From Chromera velia (taxonomy: Eukaryota), in the NCBI GenBank assembly GCA_018398765.1, contig JAHBMJ010000034.1, forward strand, positions 1-58,947: a stretch of DNA of 58,947 nucleotides, in the 5' to 3' direction. Below the pieces are notes generated by a model that was not told where the DNA came from, made no database searches, and was given only the letters and a program-made list of their open reading frames with translations. A program made the position numbers and the translations under genes. Shown here piece by piece: positions 1-12,730 of this stretch (positions are counted from its first letter, which is position 1; the number at the start of each line of letters is the position of its first letter).

Positions 1-218
1 AAGTAAAATATGACTAAAATATGAATTTTTTGTAATATTTTATAATATTTAGTCATATTTACTAAAAGTTTTATAGGGCTAGTCTCAGAGAAATCCTAGG
101 GGAAATCTAATTAAGTGAAATCTCACGGAAATCCAAGGGAAATTAATAAGAAATCTGATATAGGAAATGAATGGACACGGGGATGATGATGATGATGATG
201 ATTGAGGGAAGGGAAATT

Positions 219-673
219 CGCATGCCAGGGGCGAGTGGGGTGCTTTTTGCCCCCCTAAAGCGGCGCATTTCTGCAAAAAACTCGTTCTTATAATTGGTAA
301 GGAATTAGAAGCTGAAACTTTGTATAAAAAAACGTTGTATCGATAGAAAAAGAACTATAGAACAAATTTTTTATATCATTTCTAGAAACATAGGCTGCCA
401 TACAAATTTTTTTATTTTGCGGTCATTTTTTAACGGTTTTCAACAGTAAGAAAAACGGTATAAAACTCATAAAATTTATATGGCAGCCTATGTTTCTAGA
501 AATGATATAAAAAATCTGTTCCATAGTTCTTTTTCTATCGTTATAACCTCTTCTTACACAAAGTTTCAGCTTCTAACTCCTTACCAATTATGAGAACGAG
601 TTTTTTACGGAAAAGCGCCAGTCTCCTATGCAGAAGGAGGGGCAAAAAGCACCCCACTCGCCCCCGGCATGCG
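219..673. mobile_element. Fold-back/MITE-like element with ~210-bp imperfect inverted arms
   Basis: Left arm CGCATGCCAGGGGCGAGTGGGGTGCTTTTTGCCCC...CATTTCTAGAAACATAGGCTGCCATA is the reverse complement of right arm TATGGCAGCCTATGTTTCTAGAAATG...GGGGCAAAAAGCACCCCACTCGCCCCCGGCATGCG. TT lies on both flanks (possible 2-bp TSD). Confidence 0.8.
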
Positions 674-2811
674 TTAATAGAAAACCTAGTAGGGAAATCT
701 GACACTATCTGAGTCATAATTTGACACAAGGAAATTAGTCAGAAATTTGTAAGAAATTTTTACGTAGATTTCCCATCAATTTTCTAATTCCCATGGACTT
801 CCGGGTCACTTCCCTAAAATCTAGCCTATAAGATTTCCCTCGGTAGCTTCGATTTCACTAAGATTTCCCATCAATTTCGTTATCGCGAGAAGGCCTAGCG
901 CGGAACGAATCAATCAATCAATCAAAATCAATCAATTCCTACAGATTTTTCTATGATTGATTTCTATATTTTTTTGTAGCGTGTTTTTGAGAACATCCAC
1001 GCATGCGGCTATGTATGCGGTCATTAGAACAAGCCTGGCCAGGCCGGCCCGCGCCGCCCACGGCTTAGGAGAAATAAGAAGCCGGAGTTGGATGTCTGAC
1101 AACCTAGCTGACAACTTCAGTGACAATTAACTCGAAGTTAATTTATTAAATATAACAACTGTCTCCAGCCGTTCTAATCTCTAGTTTAATCGATTGACAA
1201 CTGCGCTCTCTTGCCGGGCCCGGCCGCCCGGGTATTTGGGGTCAAGACCTAGGTCAAGACTCAAGCGGACTAGGAATAAATGTATGGGAATGCACCAAGT
1301 CTGAACAAGAATCATGGTGGGGTGAAAAAGACAGAGCGGCGGAGAAAAACACCGATTTGGCACCTAGTTTGGCACCCTTTTTGCTGTGGACACCCGGGAG
1401 GGAGAATACGGAGATTCACTGACGTGATGAAAGTAGAATGTCACCGATGCCAGGACAACACGTACATGCATTCAAATCATTGTCTCTGGATGGAGGGGCA
1501 TCCAACCAGCGATGATCCAGGGATAAAAACGAGAGGCACACACAAACTTACAAGCACGCAAACAACATGCTCCCACAGCGAGACAACTGCAGTCCCATTC
1601 CCCCCTAGATTCCTTCCCCCCTCCCTCCTCCCAGCTACAGCTCGTCTGCATCTCTGTGTGTGTTTTTGCATGGCTTCCTTGTCTACTTCTGCATGTGCGC
1701 CTCTTTCTTCCTCTGAGTGAACGCCTTCTTGTCCACTTTCATCCCCCAAAGCTTTCCCACTCCCGTTCCCTCCCCTCACTCATTCACGAACACCACACAT
1801 GCACACGCGCAGAAAGAAAGAGGGGAAAGGAGGGAGCAGAGGAGAAAACTGGGAGCAGAAGGAGGGGAGGCACAAGAGAGAAAAGACGAGAAGGAACCAG
1901 CTGAGGGCAAGGGTGATGGTCTGCCTTACAGCGAATATCATGGAAACACAGCTCGGATACTTACACACATGCAAGCATAAACACCGAAACACAAATCAAA
2001 TCACCGACTCATTCAGACTTCAGAAATTGTCTAAGGGTCTAATGTTTCCGGTCAAAACCGCACCTCCTGACCAGAAAGCAGTATCAAAGTGTACGGAAGG
2101 AAAAACCAAACAAGAAGGCCCCACCCTCCCATGGCCCCCAACTCCCTTTGCAGGGCAATGCACGCTCCTGCTCCCGGTCAAAGAAGAAAAGAAGTTGCGC
2201 TTGTCTCTGGGTAGGCAGCGAGGTGTGGGGTGCCCGCACCGCCCAGGTGCACAAAAAGGGTGAGGCACTTCGATCGCTCTGTATCGCAACGTACAAACTT
2301 TCCAAGAAAGACCGGAAGGTACTGTTGAAGGGGGGGATCCGCAGGCTTCTCCGTTCAGAGAATGGCGGAAGACAGACAGCGGCAGAGAGAATTTCGAATC
2401 CTCAAGCGAAAACGAAAAACGACTGGACGCCGCTCTGCTCTGCTCTGCACTGACCACTTCCACATTCACAGAGACAGAGAAGAGGTTTGTGTTTTAAATT
2501 ACAGAGAAGCGGGATGCGTACACGTGTGTGTGCATGCATGCAAGAGAGACTGAGGGAGGGGGACAGGGAGAGAGGGGCAGAAAGAGGCGCTCAGAGTTCA
2601 GTGCGTGTCCTATTTTTTCTTCTCTGAGGATCTCTCGAATGTCCCTTTTCTTTTTTTTTCCTTCACGGCTTCTGGCTCTCTTCTTTTTTGAAGAAACAGC
2701 AAGCAAGGGAATTTCATGACATTTTCTTGGCACCTGACGCCCCGCCCAGTCCTTCCTCCTCTCTTTCCCTAAACTGCCCCTCCCTCCATTCTCTCACACA
2801 CGCCCTCCCTC

Positions 2812-4512
2812 TCAGTTCATCCCGCTACCCCCTTCCTCTCCGTCATCTCTGTCCGTGTCTGCGTTCCCCCTTCCCATGAGCAGATTCCTCGAAAGGGAAG
2901 GATCCGTCCTTCTCTGCATTCGGACGTGAAAACTAGGCACTATGATGTCTAGAAGGTCATGGAGAATTTGGTTGTCTGCCCCCGCTATCTCCCCATTTGC
3001 TCTCTCCCCCTGCGGCATTTCGCCTGCCTCTGCTTCCCGTCTCTCCCCCTCCCTCTCTCTCTCCCTCTCCCTGTGCGCCTGAAGGGCCTGGGTGAGGAGA
3101 GGCGGGCGGGGGTGGGTGCGGGCGTTCATGTCCGCCCCCGCGTCTGCGAGGATAGCCACGAACTCTGCACGGTTGAATCGCGCAGCCACGTGTAGGGCCG
3201 TGCGGCCGTCTTCTGCCGTGGCATTCACGTCGGCCCCGTGTTTGAGAAGGGCACGCGCAGGCTCTGCGTAGCCTGCCTCTACCGCCCGATGAAGGGGGGC
3301 CTCCCCCTTGGAATTCCCCTTCTCCTTATCTGCCCCTGCTTGCAAGAGACGCTCTAACATGTCCAGCCGGTCATTCACAGCTGCCATGTGGAGAGGCGTC
3401 TCTTGGGAGATTGGATCTTGCTTGTTCACATCCGCACCGTGGGCCAACAACCACTCGAAAGCAGGCATGCTGCCTGCCTCTATGGCGTCATGGAGGGGGC
3501 TTCTGCCTGCTTTTGCGAACACGGAGGGGAGAGAGAGTTCGGGGGGTTGGGGGACGCGTACGGTCATCTCGAATCTGCGCTGGCGGAGCATCTGTCTAAG
3601 CGTGTGCGTCATGCAATCGGACCTCATAAACTGTTCTTGAGACAGAAAATCGTTGACCCCTGCCCCCGCTTTGAGGAGAACATCTGCAGTCTCGGTCTGA
3701 TCATGGCGACAGGCGAGACGGAGGGGGGTGAGTAAAGCAAGACCACCTCGAGCTACGGGGCTTGCACCGCACTTCAGAAGGGCACTCACCATGTTGGTGT
3801 CACCCCTCTGAGAAGCAATGCAGACGACAGGCCACCTAAACTTGTCAACAATCCGATCAACCTTCTGCTGCCATTCTTCTGTCCAGGCAGGGCTCTCTCT
3901 ATCGGGTATTCGGACCTCTCTGAATTCATCACAGACGCGATCTAAAATGTCTTCCCACTGTTCATTCACTTCCCATTCCGTCAACTTTCGTCCTGTGTTA
4001 GGATCCCCCCCCAGCCTGATTAGCATCACCACTTCCTCTACATCCCCGCGCTCCACAGCCGCAACAATCAAATCAGAATCGATGGGGCGATACTGACGGA
4101 CATGGAGCAGACACTCTGGACTGAGCTCAAGGGGGTCAGGGGAATTTTCTTCTTCCATCTTCCTCCACAGAAAACACAAGATAAAACGGCAGGCTTGTCC
4201 TACTGCAAACGGAGACTGAACATCACCGATCTTTGGCAGTTTAATGAACGGCAAACTGATCGGAGAAGCTACACTCTTACGAGCTAGCACACACACTCGG
4301 ACATGGAGACTGGCCAGACCATGAGTCAGTGTAAACCAAGCTGCTCCAACATGCTCCAACAACTGCCTTGGAAAGAGCTGTAGGGACGCCGCGAGCAACA
4401 AGTGACTCTGTGAGTTCGCACAGATTTCTTGCGCCTCCGCCATCACAGCATGCAGGATGTTGCAGGATACCCCCTTCGGGGGTATGCCGGGGCCCTGATG
4501 AGAGAGTTCCAT
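2812..4512 (-). CDS. Ankyrin-repeat protein (start may be the ATG at 4158; further 3' exons possible)
   Basis: Canonical repeats GRSPLHDAIEAGS...LLAHGADVN, ETPLHMAAVNDR...LLQAGADKE, GEAPLHRAVEAGY...LLKHGADVN, GRTALHVAARFNR...LADAGADMN. Confidence 0.9.
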   Translation of the reverse strand: MELSHQGPGIPPKGVSCNILHAVMAEAQEICANSQSHLLLAASLQLFPRQLLEHVGAAWFTLTHGLASLHVRVCVLARKSVASPISLPFIKLPKIGDVQSPFAVGQACRFILCFLWRKMEEENSPDPLELSPECLLHVRQYRPIDSDLIVAAVERGDVEEVVMLIRLGGDPNTGRKLTEWEVNEQWEDILDRVCDEFREVRIPDRESPAWTEEWQQKVDRIVDKFRWPVVCIASQRGDTNMVSALLKCGASPVARGGLALLTPLRLACRHDQTETADVLLKAGAGVNDFLSQEQFMRSDCMTHTLRQMLRQRRFEMTVRVPQPPELSLPSVFAKAGRSPLHDAIEAGSMPAFEWLLAHGADVNKQDPISQETPLHMAAVNDRLDMLERLLQAGADKEKGNSKGEAPLHRAVEAGYAEPARALLKHGADVNATAEDGRTALHVAARFNRAEFVAILADAGADMNARTHPRPPLLTQALQAHREREREREGERREAEAGEMPQGERANGEIAGADNQILHDLLDIIVPSFHVRMQRRTDPSLSRNLLMGRGNADTDRDDGEEGGSGMN

Positions 4513-5112
4513 GCGTGCGTCGATTTGAATAGTTCAAGATGTAAGTAAATTAGATGGACCTATACGCACCTATTCGTGCAGACAGATTGAGAAATATAGA
4601 TAGATACCCTATTCTATCCTACAAAACGACGTTCTTATATTGTTCTCATACCATGAAGATTGAAGAACTTCAGAAGAAGAGCTTTGTTATTTAGTTTTAT
4701 CAATTCGATTGTAGTTTACATCAAAATTCTTGATTGTAATTAGAAGTAATAGTGTTGCTGAGTAGAAGAAAAAAAAAAAAGAACCAAAATGTTTAATTTT
4801 TGAGTAGTTGCAGTGTGACAATGTGACGAATTTAGTATGACTCGAATTATATAGAATGCATGATAGGTGCATTGTTTTGCTGTTGTAAAAGGGTATAAAT
4901 AGGGTCAAAAAAAGATGTTGTGGTACTTACACGAATTGCAAAGGTGTTACTCCCTGGGCACTAGTCAGATTTTGTAGGCTCTTTTATACCACTTACCGGC
5001 CTTTTTCCATTAAAAAAAAAACAAACCACCGGCAGTTTCCCACTCAAAAACCGCTTCATACCGGATTTTTCCCGAAAAATAGTATTTATAAGTATTTATA
5101 TTATTATACATA

Positions 5113-6987
5113 AGTTGAAGTATAGGGTACCAGCTTGCCGCGTATCCATACTTGCTTCTGGACCTAGCTACTGGGCCGAGCGTGCAGGCCGTGCTGCGCA
5201 GTGCCGAAGCGCCATGCTGGCCGGGATGGGATTGCCGCATGCGTATTCGATTTTATACGATTTTGTGCCGTGCGCATTCAGCACCAGCCAGTTTAAATCG
5301 ATTCACTTTGTGCAGCATTAGCTGATTGAACGCCTTTCAGCTGTTCATTCTACTCTGCCTTGATGGACAGACTATTTTATGAAGTAGTTCCACCATTATG
5401 GAGATCTAGCTCTGCATTCCGTTTGACCATCATTTGGTCATTCTTTTTAAATTTATGGTTGACAGCGCTCTATTGTGTCCCATTTCGGTCAGTCAACGAC
5501 CGCAATGATTTCTATCTCCTTATCTCTCCAGCTATTTTTTGCTCCACCTTTCCACTGCTTGAAAGCCATCCGTTCCAGTCAGAGGTGGAATGAGAGAAAG
5601 TTTTCAGGAAGTTTTCTCCTTCTAATCTGGAAGCTGTGGAGGAAAGATTAACCTGCAGCTACTGCTGCGCCTGTAGGTCTCTGCTGGGAGACGTCATATT
5701 GCACGATGATGTTCGTTTATCGAAGACTCCAACGTGGACGCCAGATAAAACTGTTCCCCCAAGCTCTTTCAGCTTCTCTCCTCAACAACATCACCCAGAT
5801 CGAGCACGTAGACAAAGACCGCCAGTAGCATGATTGCCGCCATTTCTGCTAAGAGCCACCCTCACCTCAGCTGCCACCAGCTGCTGCCTGGACCGCACTG
5901 AGCCGTCAGTGTACCATCTGCTCACAGCTGCTTTGCGGGCCGCCAAGAGCTGAGAGTATTGCAGCTTTTCTACTATGACTTCGCTTGTCTGCTTGCCAAG
6001 GATCATAGAGGAAGGAAAGGTTTCGGAAGCGCCTCTTTGGGGGGGGGGGATTCAGAATCTTAATGACTTTTTCATCTGTGCTTGGCTGTTTCTATGTCTT
6101 CTGCCAGTCAACATCCATCCATGTGCACACTGGAGTGAGGGGGGATACAAGGACGCTCCGTTCAGTTGCGAATGTAAGGTTTGCAGTGTTTGTTTTCTCT
6201 TGTTAGGCAGTGAGTGCAAACTGTGCATGTGATCGAACTTTGATGGAAAAGCATGCAAGACGCGATTTGTTCTCTGTCTTTCTACACAGCCACTGCATCG
6301 ATTTTTTCTTTCCTTATTACTTTTCCAGTGTTGCGAAGCATATCTTTTCAAAGGCATCAGACAGGCAGAACGAAAGAGGCAGACCGGAGATGGGTAGACT
6401 TATTAAAGTAGCAGACCAGAGTCAACTGATCTTATGATGTCTAGCCTTCTACCTTGTTCTTGTGATGTCTAGCCCTCTGTCTCTTTGCATTCTGTTGGTG
6501 CATGCTCTTCGATCAACGACACCAGCAGACAAGTGAAAGCAAGAAAAGATTTTATTGGCTCTCACGCAATCAGACCAAAAGACTGTTTCATTCCTTTTAT
6601 CTTTATCTTTCCCTGGTGTTTCGCTTCCGTTTCTTTCTCTTTGCATAGAAACGTAATCGAGGGGGGGAGTTGAAGTATAGAGTACCAGCCTGCCGCGTAT
6701 CTATACTTGCTTCTGGACCTAGCTCTAGACCTAGCTACCGGGCCGAGCGTGCTGGCCGGGATGGGATTGCCGCATGCGTATTCGATTTTATACGATTTTG
6801 TGCTGCGCGCATTCAGTACCAGCCAGTTTAGATCGATTCACTTTGTGCAGCACTAGCTGATTGAATGCCTTTCGGCTGTTCATTCTACTCTGCCTTGACG
6901 GACAGACTATTTCATGAAGTAGTTCCACCATCATGGAGATCTAGCTCTGCATTCCGTTTGACCATCATTTGGTCATTCTCTTTTACA
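5113..6987 (+). mobile_element. Degenerate non-autonomous LTR retroelement (LTRs ~5113-5451 and ~6668-6987)
   Basis: Two ~320-340-bp direct repeats starting AGTTGAAGTATAG and ending GGTCATTC(T)TTTTA(A/C)A. Polypurine tract GAGGGGGGG lies just before the second copy. No intact internal ORF and no clear TSD. Confidence 0.75.
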
Positions 6988-7567
6988 TATATGTAGTGAA
7001 AAAGAAGTTTGTAAAAATAATGACATGGTTCTAGTAGAATAGTAGTAACTAAATATTGCACTATAAAATGATATATTAAAATCATTTTAAAGTATCTTTT
7101 CTTAGAATTTTTCTTAAAAAAGAAATTTAAAGTCATTTATCCTCCATTGAAACATCTTGCTGCATCTGGCCGCGTCGTGGGTCAACAACTCGCGGTATGT
7201 ATCTCTGACATACTCCGTATTTAGGTCCTTGGGCTGTGACACACCAATGATGGTGATCACACTCCGTTTTTAGGTCTTTCGGGCCTTTATGAACTCTCCG
7301 AAACAACACACTCCACAAAACACACTCCGATTTTAGGTCGTCGGCCCTGAACTCTCCGGGAGTTGGTGACCCACGGGCCACGTTTCCCTTGCGCTAGCTG
7401 CTGGCACAGTGGCACATCAGAGTTAGAATCGTCCCAACCTGACCCGAACCAGTCACAGAGCGCCTCTTTCTTCCGAGTGCACCGTTTAAGCTGTACACTT
7501 CGCTTTTTGTACCCGTCTTCAAAGTTAGCTATGACTCCACGTCCTCTTCTTCAGGAAGGCCCTCACG

Positions 7568-8820
7568 GCTGACCGGCTTACTGATTAGCTGACTGGCTGA
7601 CTGACTGGCTGACTTGCGGAATGACTGGCGCTGACTTACTGGTTGACTGGCAGGCTGACTGACTGGCTGACTTACTGACAGACTGACTAACTGACTGACT
7701 GACTGACTCACTGTCTGGCTCACTGACTCACTGACTGAGTGACTCATAACTCATAACTCACTGACTGACTAACTCACATCTGACTCACTGACTGGCTGAC
7801 TGACTGACTAACTGACACAACTCATGACTCACTGACTGACTCACTGACTGACCGGCTGAGACTGCCTGACTTGCGGAATGACTCGCGCGGGCTGACTGGC
7901 AGGCTGACTTACGCTGACTTACTGGTTGACTAGCAGGCTGACTGACTGGCTGACTTTAAGTTACTGACAGACTGACTGACTGACTGACTGACTAACTCAC
8001 TGTCTGGCTCACTGAGTCACTGACTGAGGGACTCATAACTCATGACTCACTGACTGACTGACTGACCCACTGACTGACCCACTGACTGACTGACTGACTG
8101 TCAGTGACTGACTGACTGACTGACTTACTGATTTACTGACTAACTGACTCTCTGACTCATTGACTGACTAACTCACTGACTGACTAACTGACTCATGACT
8201 GACTGACTGACTGACTGACTGACTGACTGACTGACTCACTGACTGACTGCGGCTGACTAACTGCCCGACTTGCAGAATGACTCGCGCAGGCTGAGTGGCT
8301 GGCTGACTTGCGCTGACTTACTGGTTGACTGGCAGGCTCACTGACAGGCTAACTTACTGACAGACTGACTGACTGACTAACTCACTGTCTGGCTGACTGA
8401 CTCGCTGACTGACTGACTGACTTATGACTCACTGACTGACTGACTGACTGACTCACCGACTGATTGGGTGAATCTGGCTGACTCACTGGCTTACTGACTG
8501 ACTCACTGACTGACTGACTGACTCATGACTGACTGACTGACTGACTCTCCGACAGACTGGCTGACTGACTGGCTCACTGACTGACTCACTAACTGACTGA
8601 CTGACTGACTCACTGACTCACTGACTCACTGGCTGACTGACTGGCTGACTGACTGGCTGACTTGCACTGACTTGCTGGTTGACTGCCAGTGGCTGCATGG
8701 CTGACTGGCAGACTGACTGGCTGGCTTACTAGCTGACAAGCTGACTGGCTGACTGATTGACTGGCTCAGCCTGGCTGTCAGTGAGTGATTGACGGAGGGG
8801 CTCACTGGATCTGACTGGCT
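7568..8820. repeat. Degenerate (GACT)n satellite with higher-order repeat units
   Basis: Long ACTG/GACT array. The block GACTTGC(G/A)GAATGACT...CTGACTTACTGGTTGACT(G/A)GCAGGCT recurs near 7610, 7870 and 8270, with a partial copy near 8660. Confidence 0.95.
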
Positions 8821-9539
8821 GCATAACTGCCTCTGCTTCGCGTAGACGGCAGGACATGACAGGAGACCGCAGAAGACGGACGGAGACGGATTCTGACGGA
8901 AGGAGACGGCTTAGTCCCTCCTTCTACAAGTTGCAAAGAAAGGCTGGGTAGAACACTATCTTCATTTTGGCTCCAGTCTCGGCTCCGGAGCCTCCGGTGC
9001 AGACTGCCAAGTTGATGGAAAAAACATGAGAAGACATTGAAAGACATGAGAGACCGGACTCATCGGGACTCATGCACAAACACCGATGATCAACGAACGA
9101 TGTACATGTACGCATGCGTCCATGCACATGTCACGTCATGCCTCCGACAAGGTCTATGCAAGTGACGCCGGCCTTCGGCGCCCACTGGCAAGGTCCATGC
9201 ACGCATGCAGCGCTTCGGCGCCCATCGGCAGTGACAGTCCAGGCGGCGCCTTCGGCACCTACCGGCAGTTTCCCGGCGGCGCGTACGGCGCCTACCGGAA
9301 ACTTCTGCGGTAGGCCTTCGGCCCACCGGCATCTTCCCATTTCAAAAACGGCTTTCTGACCACCACCCTGGGGGTAAAAGGTGTATAGCAACAGAGACAA
9401 CGATGAACTCAAACGTACCGCAATTGTGAAAGAAAGACAAACCCGAATGGTAAAGATGAAGAGAGATGGTGAGAAACATGAAATAGGTGGTGAAAGCAAG
9501 TCGATCGACCCAGAGTTAATATGAGACGCAAATACTGTT

Positions 9540-10440
9540 GGTGAAAAGGAGAGTGACAGGCAAGAAGGAGATAGGCAGGCATGAAGGTCCCCTGGAGGCA
9601 AGCTGGCAAAAAGGAGTAAGATAAGTATTATGGAGACAGGTGGGTAAGAAGCGGCAAGCAGCGGAAAAAAGGATGTGAGGACATGTCATTAAGGGAAAGA
9701 GGCAGAGACAAAGGAAACAGCCAAGAAAGGAGGAGACAACCAGGTAAGAAAGAGGGTAGAGAAAGAGGCAGGGAAGCATGAAGGTGAGAGGCAGGCAAGA
9801 AGGAGACAGTCAGCCAAGAGGGAGAATGGCGGGCCAGAACGAGACAGCGAGGAAAGAAGGAGGGAACCAGGGAAAAAGGAGACATAGGCAAGCAGGCAAA
9901 AAGGAGACAGGGAGGCATGAAGGCGAGAGGCAGGCACAAAGGAGACATCCAGGAAAGGAGCAGACAACCAGGCAAGAAGGAGGGGGGCAGGCAAGAAGGA
10001 AACAGGCAGGCAATTGAGAAGGAGACCGGCAGGCAAGGAGGAGGCCGGCAGGCAACAAGGAGACAGGCAGGCAAGAAGGAGTCGGGCAGGCAAGAAGGAG
10101 GCAAGCAGGTAAAAGGGAGGCAAGCAGGCAAAAGGGAGACGGGCAGACAAGGAGGAGAGAGGTAGGGAAGCAGGAAACTCTGAGAGGCAGGCATGAAGGA
10201 GGGAGGCAGGCAAAAAGGAGACAGGCAGGCAAGAAGGAGACAGGCAGGCATGAAGGAGGCAAGCAGGCGAAAAGGAGAAAGGTGGGCATTTAGGAGACGG
10301 GTAGGCAAGAAGGAGGCAAGCAGGCAAAAAGGAGACAGGGAGGCATGAAGGAGAGAGGCAGGCCACAAAGTAGATAGCCAGGCACGAAGGAGGCAAACAG
10401 GCAAAAAAGAGATAGGTAGGCATGAAGGAGATCGGCTCAT
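9540..10440. repeat. Degenerate purine-rich minisatellite (AGGCAGGCAAGAAGGAGAC-like units)
   Basis: Recurring GGCAGGCAAGAAGGAG and GGCAAAAAGGAGACAGG units. The minus-strand ORFs are low-complexity L/P/S/C strings. Confidence 0.85.
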
Positions 10441-11272
10441 CTAGTTGCTGAGATGTGCCTCAGATGAAGATCAGGGAAGAACAACATTGAAACACACGAG
10501 TCTAGGAGGCGAAGCGACAAAACCGAGAGCGGCAGGCATGCATGATCATGGAGACGGGTAGTACTACCGACAGGCATGAAGGAGACAGATACGGAAAACG
10601 GAGACGCGTAGGTATGAAGGAGGCCGGCCGTCAGCTAGGTGAAGAGGAGATGAACAGGGAAGAAGGAGGTACTGCGGCAAGCTGGAGACTGTATGAACAA
10701 ATGTATCGAAGCATGCTCGTAGTACTGCGAGGTAAACACGTGACGAGCATGCAGTAAGGAAAGAAAAACGAGCGAGGGATGAGGAAGAGAGAGAGAGAGA
10801 GATCGTGGGGAAAAAACGATCTCCATGCAGGCCATGGAGAGCATGGACGGCCGCCACCTTATACAGGGCGACGGCCTCGCTTTAATGACAAGGTAGCCGG
10901 TCAAGCTGAGATCCATACCATCTAGAGGTGAGATCTATACCATGTGTCTGTCTGCATGGATGGGATCCATGGCAAACCCAAAGCGCCCGGCAGGCCATGC
11001 ATTTGAATGAAAAGACAGATGCGGGAACGGATAGACGGTCGGTTATGCACACACGAAAAAGTAGAAATGTCATACAGTTGAATGTGAGAAGAGTGTGAAA
11101 CCATAACTCATACCTGAAAAGGTAAACAGACAATCTGCGTCGAAGAAGCCAAGTGCGACGTCTTGCTGAGATTCCTCCCTAGCTCGTGTTTCATTTTTTT
11201 CTTATCCCCCCGTTTCGTTTCGTTATCGCGCTCTCATCCAGCACGGGTGTCCATGATCCTACATTATGGAAG

Positions 11273-11851
11273 ATGGAAGTAGATTCTGGACAGGTTGAGC
11301 TGTATGAAGGAGGAGGAGGAGAAGCGGATGCTGTGATGGGAAACGCTGCCGCTGCGGAACAAGGTGGCGCCAATGTGCAACTGATGGTCGGGGATGGTCA
11401 GAGACTGGAGGTGGAAGGTGAACATGAAGGGAGAGAGGAGAACGGGTCGAAGTGCCCTCACAACAAGGCAGACCATCGGTTCTGTCGCGAGTGCGCTGGA
11501 AACTGTCTGTGTGTTCATGCAAGGAACAAGAGACTTTGCAAAGAGTGCAAGGGAAGCGGGCTGTGTCCGCACGGCAAGCGTGTCGGGACTCGTAGGTGTC
11601 CGGAGTGTGGAATTGCAGGAACGCAGGCAGAGAGGTGCCCCCATGGATTTTGGAAACAGAATTGCCGAGAGTGTACTGCGCACAAGTTCTGCGTGCATGG
11701 GAAAGTGCGCAGGCAGGACCGTCTATGCAGGGACTGCATCGCGGAAGGGGGCGCGAACGAGGGAGGGGTAGAGATGGAGCCGCCGTTGCCTCCAGAGTTG
11801 GGCGTGGCTGCCCAGATCCTTTATTGTGTCTCCGCACTGAGAGCACTTTGA
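11273..11851 (+). CDS. Cys/His-repeat (CxH-x5-7-CxxC) putative zinc-binding protein; 3' end may be spliced
   Basis: Five tandem units CPHNKADHRFCREC, CVHARNKRLCKEC, CPHGKRVGTRRCPEC, CPHGFWKQNCREC, CVHGKVRRQDRLCRDC after an acidic N-terminus (MEVDSG...). Confidence 0.7.
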   Translation: MEVDSGQVELYEGGGGEADAVMGNAAAAEQGGANVQLMVGDGQRLEVEGEHEGREENGSKCPHNKADHRFCRECAGNCLCVHARNKRLCKECKGSGLCPHGKRVGTRRCPECGIAGTQAERCPHGFWKQNCRECTAHKFCVHGKVRRQDRLCRDCIAEGGANEGGVEMEPPLPPELGVAAQILYCVSALRAL

Positions 11852-12730
11852 TTCCTTTTGAACCCCATACTGACGTGTCACAGCAGATGCTGCTCGGGGT
11901 CGTGAGTCGCGCGAGAGAGTCATGTTTCAGATAAGTCACTTCCTCGACAATTAGGCGAGTGCTAGGGCGAGTGAAGGCCGCGTAGTGATGTTTCGAAGGT
12001 CAGACATTATTGTGACTCGCGGAGACATTTGTCACTAAATGACGACAGCGATTGTGTGGCGACAGCTGACGACTGTGCACAGCAGAAAACGAGCGAACAG
12101 GCAATGCGTTCTTTGAGTAGTAACTCGGCCCTTGAAGTGAAGTGACGGCTTTCTCGTTTGACGTAGAGATTTGCGAGACGGACGCGTCCGTGATGTATAC
12201 ATGTAGACGGACTAAGATGGCATGGATCCTACAAAAATTACAATCCGTGCATGCCGATGCCGCGAAGGGGCCGTCGGATTGCATGGCGTCGCGTTTGGCG
12301 CATGGATCTCGCGGGGGCATGTGCATGCAGCTAAACATGCCGCCATCACAGCAGTCTCCACTAAAAGGGCCCCGGCATGTCCTCGCGGCATTCGCGTGGA
12401 ATTCATGCAATGGGCCCCGCGGCGATCCGAGCAAATCCGAGCAAAGACTGCGATGTCAGACTGAACATGCAGACGGCATCAGACGGCTCATTTTCTCGAA
12501 TCATCGTTTGTTTGTAGACGGCCGGAATCATGCCGGAATCACACGTATGGCACCAATTAAGTTGTCTGGGATTGCGCAAAGCTTCTTAAGGCACGTTTCA
12601 ATTGTCATTTCTTCGAAGTGTGAAAAAGCCGGAAGCAAGCCTTCTTGCTCGTGGAATCAACCCGCTGAAAGATCGGGATCTCATCTCCCGTCTCCTTCAT
12701 TCAAGAAGGGGAAGGCAGTGACTCGCAGCA

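Noticed and set aside
7205..7360. Spaced repeats as a CRISPR array
   Set aside because: Only three degenerate copies with irregular spacing, no cas genes, and a eukaryotic context.
9628..10440. Long minus-strand ORFs (270, 244 and 159 aa)
   Set aside because: They are translations of a minisatellite, open in several frames, with no domain signal.
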